A stretch of DNA of 32,000 nt, taken from the NCBI RefSeq assembly GCF_000007185.1, contig NC_003551.1, positions 390,001-422,000 of the forward strand, written 5' to 3'. Origin of the DNA: Methanopyrus kandleri AV19 (lineage in GTDB: Archaea > JAADCQ01 > Methanopyri > Methanopyrales > Methanopyraceae). Each line of letters starts with the position of its first letter. Positions within the stretch are counted from its first letter, which is position 1. Below the pieces are notes generated by a model that was not told the origin of the DNA, did no database searches, and saw only the letters and a list, made by a program, of their open reading frames with translations. Both the position numbers and the translations under genes were made by a program. Positions 17,174 to 25,802 of the stretch are shown in pieces.

Positions 17174-17748
17174 CCCAGCAGCTCTAGGAAGTTGCGGGCG
17201 ATCCGATCCCCGCCCTCGGTCATGAAGCTTTCAGGATGGAATTGCACCCCGTACACGTCGTAGTCGGCGTGCCTGACGGCCATGAGTTCTCCGTCGTCTC
17301 CCGACCATGCGCACGGTAGCAGCTCTTCGGGCAAGGAGGATTCCTCGATGACCAGTGAGTGGTACCTCATCCCTTGGAAGGGGCTTTCGAGCCCTGAGAG
17401 GATCCCGGACCCGTCGTGTTCTATCGGCGACGTCTTCCCGTGGACGATGCGTTTAGCCCGGCGGATCTGCGCTCCGTACGCCACTCCGATGCACTGGTGA
17501 CCTAGGCACACCCCCAGGATCGGGATCTCTCCCGCGAACCTCCGGATAGCTGGCACGGACACTCCAGCGTCTCGTTCCGGGTGTCCGGGCCCGGGACTGA
17601 CGACGAGACCGTCGGGACGCAGCCGCTCGAGCCTGGAGAGCGGAACCTTGTTGGAGACAACTTTCAAATCGAGATCATATGAGGCGAACAAATGGTAGAG
17701 ATTATACACGAAACTATCCTTGTTATTTATCAGAACTAGTCTCCTCAA
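17170..17748 (-). CDS. trpG: anthranilate (or aminodeoxychorismate) synthase component II, glutamine amidotransferase
   Basis: The class I GATase triad context is present (GVCLGHQCIG, VQFHPES). The gene overlaps dapH by 4 nt and trpE by 26 nt. Confidence 0.9.
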   Translation of the reverse strand: MRRLVLINNKDSFVYNLYHLFASYDLDLKVVSNKVPLSRLERLRPDGLVVSPGPGHPERDAGVSVPAIRRFAGEIPILGVCLGHQCIGVAYGAQIRRAKRIVHGKTSPIEHDGSGILSGLESPFQGMRYHSLVIEESSLPEELLPCAWSGDDGELMAVRHADYDVYGVQFHPESFMTEGGDRIARNFLELLG

Positions 17749-19141
17749 GGATAGCTCCCACCATCGCTTTCATTTTATTTTCAGTTTCGAACCACTCGTT
17801 TTCGGGCACCGAGTCGTACACGATACCGGCACCCGCCTGCGTGAACCATCGACGGCCCGTCGAGAAAATGGTACGGATCGATATCGCGAAGTCCATATCC
17901 CCTGTCCAGCTGACGTATCCGACGCCTCCGGCGTACGGGCCTCGCTTGTACACCTCCAGCTCGTCGATGATTTCCATAGCCCTCACCTTCGGGGCCCCGG
18001 AGACGGTTCCGGCCGGGAACGTCGCCCGGAGTACGTCCCAGGGGGTAACTCCCTCCTTTCTCTCACCCACCACCTCGGACACGATGTGCTGCACGTGACT
18101 GTACTTCTCGATCTCCATGAGCCGCGTGACTTCGACCGTTCCGGGTCTCGAGACCTTACCCACGTCGTTTCTGGCGAGATCCACGAGCATCGCGTGCTCC
18201 GCGAGCTCTTTCTCATCTTCGAGCATCTCACGGGCCAGCTCTTCGTCCTCTTCTGGGGTACTACCACGGGGCCTGGTGCCGGCTATGGGTTTCGTGATGA
18301 TGCGATCACCTTCCAGCCGGACGAGCGTCTCGGGACTGGACCCGATGATCCTCCGCTCGCCGAACTCCAAGCAGTACATGTACGGGGACGGGTTGATGTC
18401 GCGGAGCCTTCGGTACACCTCGAGCGGATCCGCGACCGCTCGCACCTCCACCCGCCTCGAGAGTACAACCTGGAAGATGTCCCCCGAGATTATGTACTCC
18501 TTCGCCCGCTCGACGATCCCCTCGAACTCCTCTTTCTCCAGGTCCCGCTTCAGCTCCCCCGTCCGGTGCACCTTAGGGGCCGTCTGTCCGCTCACCTCTC
18601 GGACACACTCCTCGATCGCCTCCGCCGTCCACTCGACCTCGTAGTCGTCGGGATGGACGGAGATCAGCTCGACTCTGTCCTCGTAGTGGTCGAAGCGCAC
18701 CACCGAGTCGTAGAGGCACAGCTCGAAGGACGGCCACTCCGGGTCGGCGACGGTGGTCGATTTGACGTCCAGCCAGTCTTCGACGACGTCGTACGATATG
18801 TAGCCCACGAGACCGCCGACGAAGCCGGACCCCTCGACCTTCGGGATTCGGGAGAACACGCGGCGCATGAGCTGGAAGTGGTCCTCATCCGTTTCCTTTC
18901 GACCTTCAACCACTAAATCGGCGTACTCCGGGTCACCGACGTCCACGCGGACTCGACCGTCGACGCACTCTATCCTAAGCGCCGGTGAGAAGCCTACGAA
19001 GGAGTACCGGCCGCTGGCACCGATCTCGGCCGACTCGAATAGGAACGTGTGTGAGGACAGCGTCCTCAAGGCCGCGTAGACCTCGTCGGGAGACCTGTCT
19101 ATATCTAGCTCCCTTACAGTCAAGCGCACTTCATCACACAC
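17723..19141 (-). CDS. trpE: anthranilate synthase component I (TrpE/PabB family)
   Basis: The chorismate-binding domain is present: LVDLARNDVGKV, SGAPKVRAMEIIDELE, RGPYAGGVGY, AGAGIVYDSVPENEW. Confidence 0.9.
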   Translation of the reverse strand: MCDEVRLTVRELDIDRSPDEVYAALRTLSSHTFLFESAEIGASGRYSFVGFSPALRIECVDGRVRVDVGDPEYADLVVEGRKETDEDHFQLMRRVFSRIPKVEGSGFVGGLVGYISYDVVEDWLDVKSTTVADPEWPSFELCLYDSVVRFDHYEDRVELISVHPDDYEVEWTAEAIEECVREVSGQTAPKVHRTGELKRDLEKEEFEGIVERAKEYIISGDIFQVVLSRRVEVRAVADPLEVYRRLRDINPSPYMYCLEFGERRIIGSSPETLVRLEGDRIITKPIAGTRPRGSTPEEDEELAREMLEDEKELAEHAMLVDLARNDVGKVSRPGTVEVTRLMEIEKYSHVQHIVSEVVGERKEGVTPWDVLRATFPAGTVSGAPKVRAMEIIDELEVYKRGPYAGGVGYVSWTGDMDFAISIRTIFSTGRRWFTQAGAGIVYDSVPENEWFETENKMKAMVGAILEETSSDK

Positions 19142-19872
19142 CCTGCCACTATCGGTGTTATATGAACTTCTAAGTACGCGGCGACGGTCAGGCCTGCGAT
19201 ACAGGCGGCCGTGTTACGGATTACCCAACTCGGTACCTCCAAGTTCCCATGAGGCCACCGCTCATGGAGTCGGACTCTGTAGATCAGGTAATCGGCCAGA
19301 TGCACGCCCATGGCTCCCGCGATGATTAGTGTCGGGAACTCGATTACCCCGTGAGGTAGTAAAGCCGCACCCAGCAGGAAGACCGGACCGAAGTTCTGCA
19401 GTACCCACATCCCGAAGGCCCCAGCGGCGAACCCGTTGATCGCTGGGATCAGCAGCGGTCCGAGCTTCAACGTCAGTATCACGTCGGCCTCTTTGTACCG
19501 CCGTACGTCGAACCCGAGCTTACGAGCTAGCTTCACGAGAATCGGGGCGTACGGAGGATTGTTCATGCTTCTGCGGAGGACGTCGGGAGCGTACCTCGTC
19601 ACCAGTCGGTCCAGGGTCAGCGCTATCAGGCCACCGAAGGTGGTTATGAGTATCGTCATAGTGTTCCATAGGGTAATGGAGAGCATGAACCGCTCCATCG
19701 GAAAGGGCAGAAGGCGTGCGAGGGCCTCTACCTTCTGACACGTCGTTTTAAGGATAATGTCCGGGAGAGAGGGGAACATGAAGTACGCGATCATCCCCAG
19801 GAACCCTGAAATAAGGAAGACGTCGGCTACCGTCACGATGTAGCGCCAAGGACTTCCCACCGATGCATGCAC
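19120..19872 (-). CDS. integral membrane protein, SpoIIM/DUF95-like
   Basis: GTG start and several TM helices. LLPHGVIEFPTLIIAGAMG resembles the PHG..E motif of the stage II sporulation protein M family. The 3' end overlaps trpE by 22 nt. Confidence 0.55.
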   Translation of the reverse strand: MHASVGSPWRYIVTVADVFLISGFLGMIAYFMFPSLPDIILKTTCQKVEALARLLPFPMERFMLSITLWNTMTILITTFGGLIALTLDRLVTRYAPDVLRRSMNNPPYAPILVKLARKLGFDVRRYKEADVILTLKLGPLLIPAINGFAAGAFGMWVLQNFGPVFLLGAALLPHGVIEFPTLIIAGAMGVHLADYLIYRVRLHERWPHGNLEVPSWVIRNTAACIAGLTVAAYLEVHITPIVAGCVMKCA

Positions 19873-19874
19873 CC

Positions 19875-19938
19875 CCGGATGATGAGTACGGCGGATTGCG
19901 GAAATGTGATGATGAGGGACCCAGTCACCTGACCTCGG
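19875..19938 (+). ncRNA. candidate C/D box sRNA (2'-O-methylation guide)
   Basis: C box ATGATGA at 19879-19885. A 13-nt spacer follows, then degenerate D' CGGA at 19899-19902. C' ATGATGA at 19909-19915, a 13-nt spacer, then D box CTGA at 19929-19932. Short flanking complementarity (CCGG / CC..GG). It lies in the 52-nt gap between two - strand genes. Confidence 0.55.
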
Positions 19939-21559
19939 CTCTGAGGGTCACGAACACCGGCCCCTTGATTTCGATCTCACCTCCTTTTTTGGTTACGTAG
20001 CGTAACAGCTTCCGAGGAAGACTCAGGTTGACCTGCGAGGGGCGACTCACCTTACGGACCGACACGGTGGTCTCCCCTCCTCCAGTCGCGAGCAGCTCCT
20101 CCACCTCGTAGGCCAACCGCGCCGCCAGTCCTTCTTCGAATGACACCCCAGAGTACACGCCCTCCTCGCGGATCTCACGGCCGAAGTCGCCCTCGGGCGG
20201 GACGGCGTAGAGGTTACCATCGAGGACGTAAACGCGGTTGAAGGCCGCGGGCCCCGCGAGAGGTTCTCCCTTCTCTTCCTCGACGGCGTGGACTACCACC
20301 TCCCGATCGCCAAACTCCCCGCGGAACAGCTCGACTTCCACGGGCCCCTCCTCGTCGGCGTGCTCGTGAAGCCCCCGCACCACCTCACGAACCAGCCGTT
20401 CCCCGAACGACGTAGCCGGCTTCCGCTCGTAGTCGATCATCCTGGCCAGCTCCAGATCTGAAGGTTCCCACGGTTCGTACTCGACGTACGCGAGGGAACG
20501 CACGTCGTCGATACCGTGGAGGACCATGCACAACCGCTCCACGCCGATCCCGAGGTTCATGACCGGGTAGTCAATCCCGTACTCCGCCAGCGCCACCGGT
20601 GAGTACAGCCCGAACGTCGCTATCTCCACCCAACCCGGTCCCAGCTCCTCGTCCTCGATGGAGTCCTCCAGGTCGGGGTGGTAAGCGTACACCTCGGTCT
20701 GTGTTCCGGGTACGTAGTATTTGGACATTTTCTCATCGGGAACGAACTCGAAATCCTCGAACCCGAACTGCCGGAGGATCGCCTCCGCTACTGCCTTCCC
20801 GGTGTCCACGGTCACGTCGTCGCTGACCACGACGCACGACGCGGAGTGGTACGTCATCAAGTGGCTCTCGTCCTCCCGCTGCTCGCGTCGGAAGCACCTG
20901 TCGATGGAGAACAATTTCAACGGCGGATCCTCACGCTTCAGTATCTCGGATAGCGTTATAAACCAACCCGCGGTCATGTGCGATCGGAGGGTGAGCGGAG
21001 GCTCCAGCGGCTCGGGCTTCAGGCGCTTGAGCTCGGGGAAGACCTCGTCCAGTATCCTCACCGCCGTCCCGTCGTCCGTGTCCAGGGCCTCCGCGATCTC
21101 GTGTGTCAGCTCGTCACCGTCGATCTCGCCCTTCTTGTACGCGTGCAGGGTTTCCCTCAGTCGTTCCACCTCGTCTTCGGATGGCTCCCGACCCAGCACC
21201 TCCGCCAACTTCTCGACCTTGTCCGCACCCAATCCTACGTCCGGACGCGGGAGTCCGGCGAGGTAGAAGCACCTGTCCAGCACGGCCGCCGCCTCCGGAC
21301 CGAACTGCTTGTACACCTCCTCCTCCGGGATGATGACGGGGTTCACGACCTCTCTGAAGCCCGCACGCAGGTACGCCTCCCTCAGCTGCTGAATAGTTTC
21401 GAACAGCGGATGGGGCTCGCCCGTCTCCACCTTAAGCCTCGGGTACCGGTCCCGGAGGCCGGGCTCCCGGACCAGCTTAGCACCCTCTTTCCAGGCTCGA
21501 TCGAAATCGCGCTGGGCCAGGGACCTCAGTTCCTCCAGCTTGTCACGGTCGAACGGCAT
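19925..21559 (-). CDS. sepS: O-phosphoserine--tRNA(Cys) ligase (SepRS)
   Basis: 544 aa. The class II PheRS-like core includes LRSHMTAGWFITL and FSIDRCFRREQRED. Length and layout are typical of methanogen SepRS. Confidence 0.9.
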   Translation of the reverse strand: MPFDRDKLEELRSLAQRDFDRAWKEGAKLVREPGLRDRYPRLKVETGEPHPLFETIQQLREAYLRAGFREVVNPVIIPEEEVYKQFGPEAAAVLDRCFYLAGLPRPDVGLGADKVEKLAEVLGREPSEDEVERLRETLHAYKKGEIDGDELTHEIAEALDTDDGTAVRILDEVFPELKRLKPEPLEPPLTLRSHMTAGWFITLSEILKREDPPLKLFSIDRCFRREQREDESHLMTYHSASCVVVSDDVTVDTGKAVAEAILRQFGFEDFEFVPDEKMSKYYVPGTQTEVYAYHPDLEDSIEDEELGPGWVEIATFGLYSPVALAEYGIDYPVMNLGIGVERLCMVLHGIDDVRSLAYVEYEPWEPSDLELARMIDYERKPATSFGERLVREVVRGLHEHADEEGPVEVELFRGEFGDREVVVHAVEEEKGEPLAGPAAFNRVYVLDGNLYAVPPEGDFGREIREEGVYSGVSFEEGLAARLAYEVEELLATGGGETTVSVRKVSRPSQVNLSLPRKLLRYVTKKGGEIEIKGPVFVTLRAEVR

Positions 21560-21635
21560 CCGCAGTGCCCCTCACATGCCGGGTCTGCGGGCCGGGTCAT
21601 GGTTTTTCCCGGAGGTGTTAACGTGACGGAACCGG

Positions 21636-21646
21636 AAAGAATATGG
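21636..21646. promoter_or_regulatory. AT-rich box (AAAGAATATGG), possible TATA element in the divergent spacer
   Basis: This is the only AT-rich element in spacer 21560-21680. It lies 35-45 nt upstream of GTG 21681, which is preceded by GAGGGTGGGG (SD-like). It is flanked by the imperfect inverted repeat CGGAACCG/CGGTTTCCG. Confidence 0.25.
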
Positions 21647-21680
21647 ACGCGGTTTCCGAAGGGTAACCGAGGGTGGGGCG

Positions 21681-22184
21681 GTGAGGCCCCTCCCTCTGAT
21701 CGTAGCTTGTGCGGTCGCCCTTGCAAGTCCTGCACTGGCGTGGGAACGGACGGAAGTCAGCGTGGACACGTACGTCCTGAATTATGAAGGCGACGCTCCG
21801 AACCACTTGATGTTGGACGTCGATATCGCGGACGAGAACGGTAACGTGTTCGTAGGCTGGCTCCTGGACGGCCTGGAAAGTAAATCGGAACCGAGAGTCT
21901 GGGAGGGACTCATGGATCGTGTTACGGTGATACTGAACGCCATTTACGACGACGGGAAGCTGAGGCTTGAGATGAGGAAAACGTTCACGGTGCACTTCGA
22001 TTACGATGGAAACGACGGAGTGCACGTATACGTAAAAGGGGACGACGCCCCAATCATCAGGACCGAGGACGGCCGAACAGTGCTCGTATGGGAAAGGTGT
22101 CAAAGACGGCGAATCCGAAGTTCTGAGGATAATGGTAGAAGGTGTGAACGGTCGGAGATGGAAGGTAGAACGTGGAGAAGGTGA
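21681..22184 (+). CDS. secreted protein, N-terminal fragment (frame disrupted near 22090-22097)
   Basis: The signal peptide MRPLPLIVACAVALASPALA|WE precedes an acidic beta-rich domain. After ...TVLVWE the frame gives Arg-rich, off-frame-looking sequence. Confidence 0.6.
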   Translation: MRPLPLIVACAVALASPALAWERTEVSVDTYVLNYEGDAPNHLMLDVDIADENGNVFVGWLLDGLESKSEPRVWEGLMDRVTVILNAIYDDGKLRLEMRKTFTVHFDYDGNDGVHVYVKGDDAPIIRTEDGRTVLVWERCQRRRIRSSEDNGRRCERSEMEGRTWRR

Positions 22185-22410
22185 ATACGTCGTCGTGCAC
22201 TGGATCGCGGAAGGGTGGGCACGGATTAGGGTCAAAGTGGCGGCTTCGAACAGCGGAAAGGTCCTTAGGGTCTTGGACATTTCGTGGCACTACGACAAAG
22301 AGGAGCGACGAGAAGAGAGGCAGGAACGGGGAGTCCCAGTGGGCGCGGTGGCATCGCTGACGGGGGTCGTTCTCGCGTGGATGCTGCGATCCTCACGGTC
22401 TCGGTACTGA
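22132..22410 (+). CDS. C-terminal fragment of the same secreted protein (+1 frame), with C-terminal TM plus basic tail
   Basis: The frame is protein-like from about 22096 (GVKDGESEVLRIMVEGVNGRRWKVERGEGEYVVVHW...). It ends GVPVGAVASLTGVVLAWMLRSSRSRY. Confidence 0.55.
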   Translation: MVEGVNGRRWKVERGEGEYVVVHWIAEGWARIRVKVAASNSGKVLRVLDISWHYDKEERREERQERGVPVGAVASLTGVVLAWMLRSSRSRY

Positions 22411-23771
22411 GCCTGTGCGTCGATCTGAACAAGCAAGCCGACCGACTGGAAACCCACCTTCCACCGTTTCGACTCTCCTCTCCCTACCCCACCCCCTTCC
22501 GTTACGTACTGGCCCGACCCGAAAGTATAGAGGTTCATCCTCCCATGGATCCCGAAGGCGAGCTGCGGATCGAGGTGTTACCTTCGGGATCGAAGGTGCT
22601 GTTCGACAGCCGCGAGTACGGCGCGCGGACGGTGGTCGAGTTCCGAGGACCTTACCTGATGGTAACGCGCCTACCAGTGGTCGGATTACCGAGGGACTTA
22701 CCCCGAGCTGCTGTGTTCTTCTCGGACGGGCGTAGGAACTACGCACTGATCAGCTACCGAGACGTCGCGACGGGTCGGGCCTACGTGGCCCTGTGTGAAA
22801 TAGCCCTGAACTTGCACGAGCTCGTCCGCGTACCGGTACCGATCTCACTGGACCTGGGAGAAAGGCTCTCCGAGTTCACGCTATACGATAACGGTACGTT
22901 CTCCGCGAAGTTTGAAGCCGGAGGGGGCGAACTCGTCGTCCGGGGTTCCCTACGACCTCCCGGCCTCTCCGTCGAATGGGACGGGGAGGGTGAGCTCATA
23001 GGGGAGAAGCGACCCATACTCGTACCGGGGACGTCCTGGGCGCTGTTGAACAAGTGTCCCGTGATCGTGTTTGGACAGGGTACGAACGACCTCTTGTGGC
23101 CGGACCGAGAGTACTTGGTATGGCGGACCCTGACATCGTACCGGTCCGAGTTGGAGGACGTCGTCGAGGAGATTGTCAAACGTTCGAAACGTTCGATAGA
23201 CCTGGGTCCGGCGCTCCTGTGCGCTTACTCGACGCTAGCCGGGCTCACTGTCGATACACTGTCTCAAGTCCGGCCACCTCGGTTATGGAGTGGTCCGTGG
23301 GCGTGGTTGGGAGCGGTGGTGGAGACCGTGGTGGGGATACCCGTGCTCGAGTGGGGAGTACTCCTGCCGATCGTCACCCGAACGGGGGAGCTCATCGGAA
23401 CTGTGGCACCGACGGTCGATCGCAGCGGGGTCGTCACGGGGATCTATTGGTTAACGGTCGAATGGTACGAAGCCTGGTTGCGCAGGGTCATCATGCGGAC
23501 GTGCGGGCTATCGTGGTGGGAAACTGGTATGCTCTGGGGAGCGTTGGACGCTCTCTTCAACTCCCTCAAGGAAAGGTCGTTGAATCCACATGACTTGATG
23601 CGTCGCCTGACTTTTCACGTAGCGGCTTCCTTATCGCCGGTCCTCGAAGTCGCTTTATACGCGGAGAACGCGGAGGACACGGGAGGCGATGTCATCACGT
23701 ACTACAGCTCGATCCTGGCGGCGATGGTCCGATGGCCGGAGCAGTCACTCCCGCTCCAGCGTCTTCTTTAG
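22377..23771 (+). CDS. hypothetical Trp-rich membrane-associated protein
   Basis: The GTG at 22377 gives a hydrophobic N-terminus (MDAAILTVSVLSLCV). The ORF-track start at 22284 adds Arg/Gly-rich sequence overlapping the upstream gene. Hydrophobic segments occur in the C-terminal third. No family recognised. Confidence 0.55.
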   Translation: MDAAILTVSVLSLCVDLNKQADRLETHLPPFRLSSPYPTPFRYVLARPESIEVHPPMDPEGELRIEVLPSGSKVLFDSREYGARTVVEFRGPYLMVTRLPVVGLPRDLPRAAVFFSDGRRNYALISYRDVATGRAYVALCEIALNLHELVRVPVPISLDLGERLSEFTLYDNGTFSAKFEAGGGELVVRGSLRPPGLSVEWDGEGELIGEKRPILVPGTSWALLNKCPVIVFGQGTNDLLWPDREYLVWRTLTSYRSELEDVVEEIVKRSKRSIDLGPALLCAYSTLAGLTVDTLSQVRPPRLWSGPWAWLGAVVETVVGIPVLEWGVLLPIVTRTGELIGTVAPTVDRSGVVTGIYWLTVEWYEAWLRRVIMRTCGLSWWETGMLWGALDALFNSLKERSLNPHDLMRRLTFHVAASLSPVLEVALYAENAEDTGGDVITYYSSILAAMVRWPEQSLPLQRLL

Positions 23772-24398
23772 CTCCTCGGTTTTACCCGCGATGGTGACCT
23801 CGCTCCTGGTCCTCTCTAGGAGGGACCGGGCCACGTCCTGCTTCCTCTTGAGGTTGGGGACAACAGCCCTCGGGTAGTCGAACGTCATCGTCAGCGAGTA
23901 GATCTCCTCCATCACGTTGAGGAACTCCTCGGCCCTGTCCAGATCACCCTCCCGCAGCGCGTCCACCACGATCCTCCGGAGCTCGCCCACGGCGTCCAGC
24001 AGTCCCAGCAGGTAAGCCCGTGGGCTCACGTTGATCTCCTCGGGCGAGGGTGCCCTACGGTCTTTCACGATCGAGTACAGGATCTCCGCCTCAGCGTACT
24101 CCTGTAGGTGGTTCTCGGCGAATCCCGTGCGGAGCAGCTCAGGGAAGTCGCCCAGGAGATCGTGCAGTTCTGAGACCAGTTCGGCGGCCTCGTCCAGCTT
24201 ATCCCGGGCCTCCTCCAAGTTCCCACGGTGCACCTCGTACACTGCCTCCGAGCTCAGCTTGTGGAGGTCCCGCAGGATCACCTGCGCCTCGTCCCTGGCC
24301 TCGTCCAACGCGTCGAGCTCCTCGCGGATGTTCTCGATGGTCTCACGCAGGTTCTCGATCTCGGACACGGACGTCCCCCTATGGTGAAGGTCCTCCAC
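23745..24398 (-). CDS. translin-family nucleic-acid-binding protein (COG2178)
   Basis: All-helical, 217 aa. PRAYLLGLLDAVGELRR and the surrounding pattern are typical of archaeal translin/TRAX-like proteins. Confidence 0.75.
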   Translation of the reverse strand: MEDLHHRGTSVSEIENLRETIENIREELDALDEARDEAQVILRDLHKLSSEAVYEVHRGNLEEARDKLDEAAELVSELHDLLGDFPELLRTGFAENHLQEYAEAEILYSIVKDRRAPSPEEINVSPRAYLLGLLDAVGELRRIVVDALREGDLDRAEEFLNVMEEIYSLTMTFDYPRAVVPNLKRKQDVARSLLERTRSEVTIAGKTEELKKTLERE

Positions 24399-24418
24399 CG
24401 GGATAAGCCATCATCGCG

Positions 24419-25777
24419 CTAGCTCCGGACCAGCCGGGCTACGAAGAACCCCTCCGTACGGTGCCGATGCGGCCAGAACCTACGTACTCGATCCGCCCAC
24501 GGGTACCTCTCGTTCATCCAGGAGTCGAAGCCGGGCGAGCCGAACCCGAAAGGTTCCTCCACCTCGAACTCGTCGAACTCGCGCAAGAAGCGGCGTACCA
24601 CGGACTCGTCCTCCACTACGGTGACCGAGCACGTGGAGTACACGAGGGTTCTTTCCACCAGCGGCGCGACGCCACGTAGGATCGAGAGCTGGCCGCGGGC
24701 ATACCTCTTCACGTGTCTCCACTTGACGGTCCACTTGGCCTCGGGGGCCCGAACGTAAGCCCCGGAGCTCGAACACGGTGGGTCCACGAGGGCGAGGTCG
24801 AACGTCTCGTCGGTCTCCCGGTAGAGCCGGGAGGAGTCCGCCCTGCGGAGCCTGGCTTCGATCCCCCATCGGCGGAAGTTACGACGCATCTCCCTGAGGC
24901 GCCTGGGGTTCACGTCCACACACGTGAGCTCGATCTCGCCTTCCGTCAGCGCATACAGGTACGCCGACTTCCCACCGGGGGCCGCACAAGCGTCGAGCAC
25001 ACGATCTCCGGGCTCCGGCCGCAGCGCGTAAGCGGCGGCCGCGGACGCCTTGTCTTGGTAAGCCACCCAACCTCGGCGGTAAGGCTCGGTCCTGACGGGC
25101 GGTACATCGTGATCCACCACCCGCAGCATGAACGGCAGATCGGGATCTTCCTCCACGGCCACCCCGTCGTCCTCCAGCGCCAGTATAGCCTTGTCCGGGT
25201 CCACCATGTGGGCATGTACGCGGAGGTAACGCTCGGGCTCGCGGTTGTTAGCGTCCATCAACTTCGTCAGCTCGTTTTCACCCAGTAGGTCCATCAGGTG
25301 CTTGACGAACCATTCCGGATGGGAGTACTCGATCGCCAGGCGCTCTACGGTGTCCTTAGCCCGGTTCAATACGTCGGAGAGCTCGAGCCGCTCGACGTCG
25401 TAGAGGACGGCGTTCACGAACCGGGCGGGGCCCTCCCCGACACACTCCACGACGATCTTCACGGCCTCGTTCGTGGCGATCGCGGGCTTCACGTCGTTGA
25501 ACTTCATCTCGAACGTACCGACCCTGAGGGCGTTCCTAACCCACGGGTCCAGGTCGAAAAGCTTCGCGTTCCGTATCGTCGCCTCCAGGAACGCGTCGAC
25601 CGTGCGGAGGCGCTTCATCAGCTCGAAGCAGTACGCGTGGATGGTGCCCCAGACGCGATGGTCCCGGACTCCCTCGTTCAGCAGCACCTTCTTAACGCAC
25701 TCACGGAGCGAACGTCGCGTCTCCTCCCACTCGACGAACACGCGTGCCGTGAGCTCCTGTCGGCTGAGGCTGCTCAA
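24419..25777 (-). CDS. RNA cytosine-C5 methyltransferase, NOL1/NOP2/Sun (RsmB-like) family
   Basis: An N-terminal NusB-like region is followed by the SAM motif VLDACAAPGGKS and the catalytic motifs VDPPCSSSG and YSTCS. Confidence 0.9.
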   Translation of the reverse strand: MSSLSRQELTARVFVEWEETRRSLRECVKKVLLNEGVRDHRVWGTIHAYCFELMKRLRTVDAFLEATIRNAKLFDLDPWVRNALRVGTFEMKFNDVKPAIATNEAVKIVVECVGEGPARFVNAVLYDVERLELSDVLNRAKDTVERLAIEYSHPEWFVKHLMDLLGENELTKLMDANNREPERYLRVHAHMVDPDKAILALEDDGVAVEEDPDLPFMLRVVDHDVPPVRTEPYRRGWVAYQDKASAAAAYALRPEPGDRVLDACAAPGGKSAYLYALTEGEIELTCVDVNPRRLREMRRNFRRWGIEARLRRADSSRLYRETDETFDLALVDPPCSSSGAYVRAPEAKWTVKWRHVKRYARGQLSILRGVAPLVERTLVYSTCSVTVVEDESVVRRFLREFDEFEVEEPFGFGSPGFDSWMNERYPWADRVRRFWPHRHRTEGFFVARLVRS

Positions 25778-25802
25778 CAGATCACCCCGGGGTCCTAGTG
25801 AC

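Noticed and set aside
16046-18916. Very long + strand ORFs (16046..17140, 364 aa; 17720..18916, 398 aa). Similar antisense ORFs occur elsewhere: 528..1073, 2573..3400, 6140..6892, 20978..21787, 21618..22280, 27090..27782, 30733..31296.
   Set aside because: Each lies antisense to a gene with clear family motifs. Their translations are Arg/Pro/Ser/His/Thr-rich, low-complexity sequence typical of stop-poor shadow frames in GC-rich DNA. No recognisable domains are present.
17170-19141. The TrpE/TrpG pair reinterpreted as PabB/PabA, because no other trp genes are nearby and the neighbours are dap genes.
   Set aside because: The sequence cannot distinguish the two by eye. Adjacency means little in this tightly packed genome. 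Methanogens are reported to make the aminobenzoate moiety of methanopterin by a chorismate-independent route. I keep the generic TrpE/TrpG family call.
19141-19172. AT-rich TTCATATAA (- strand) about 25 nt upstream of the trpE ATG, considered as an internal promoter giving a leaderless trpE mRNA.
   Set aside because: It lies within the coding 3' end of the upstream membrane-protein gene, is a single weak match, and has no recognisable BRE. The evidence is too thin to annotate.
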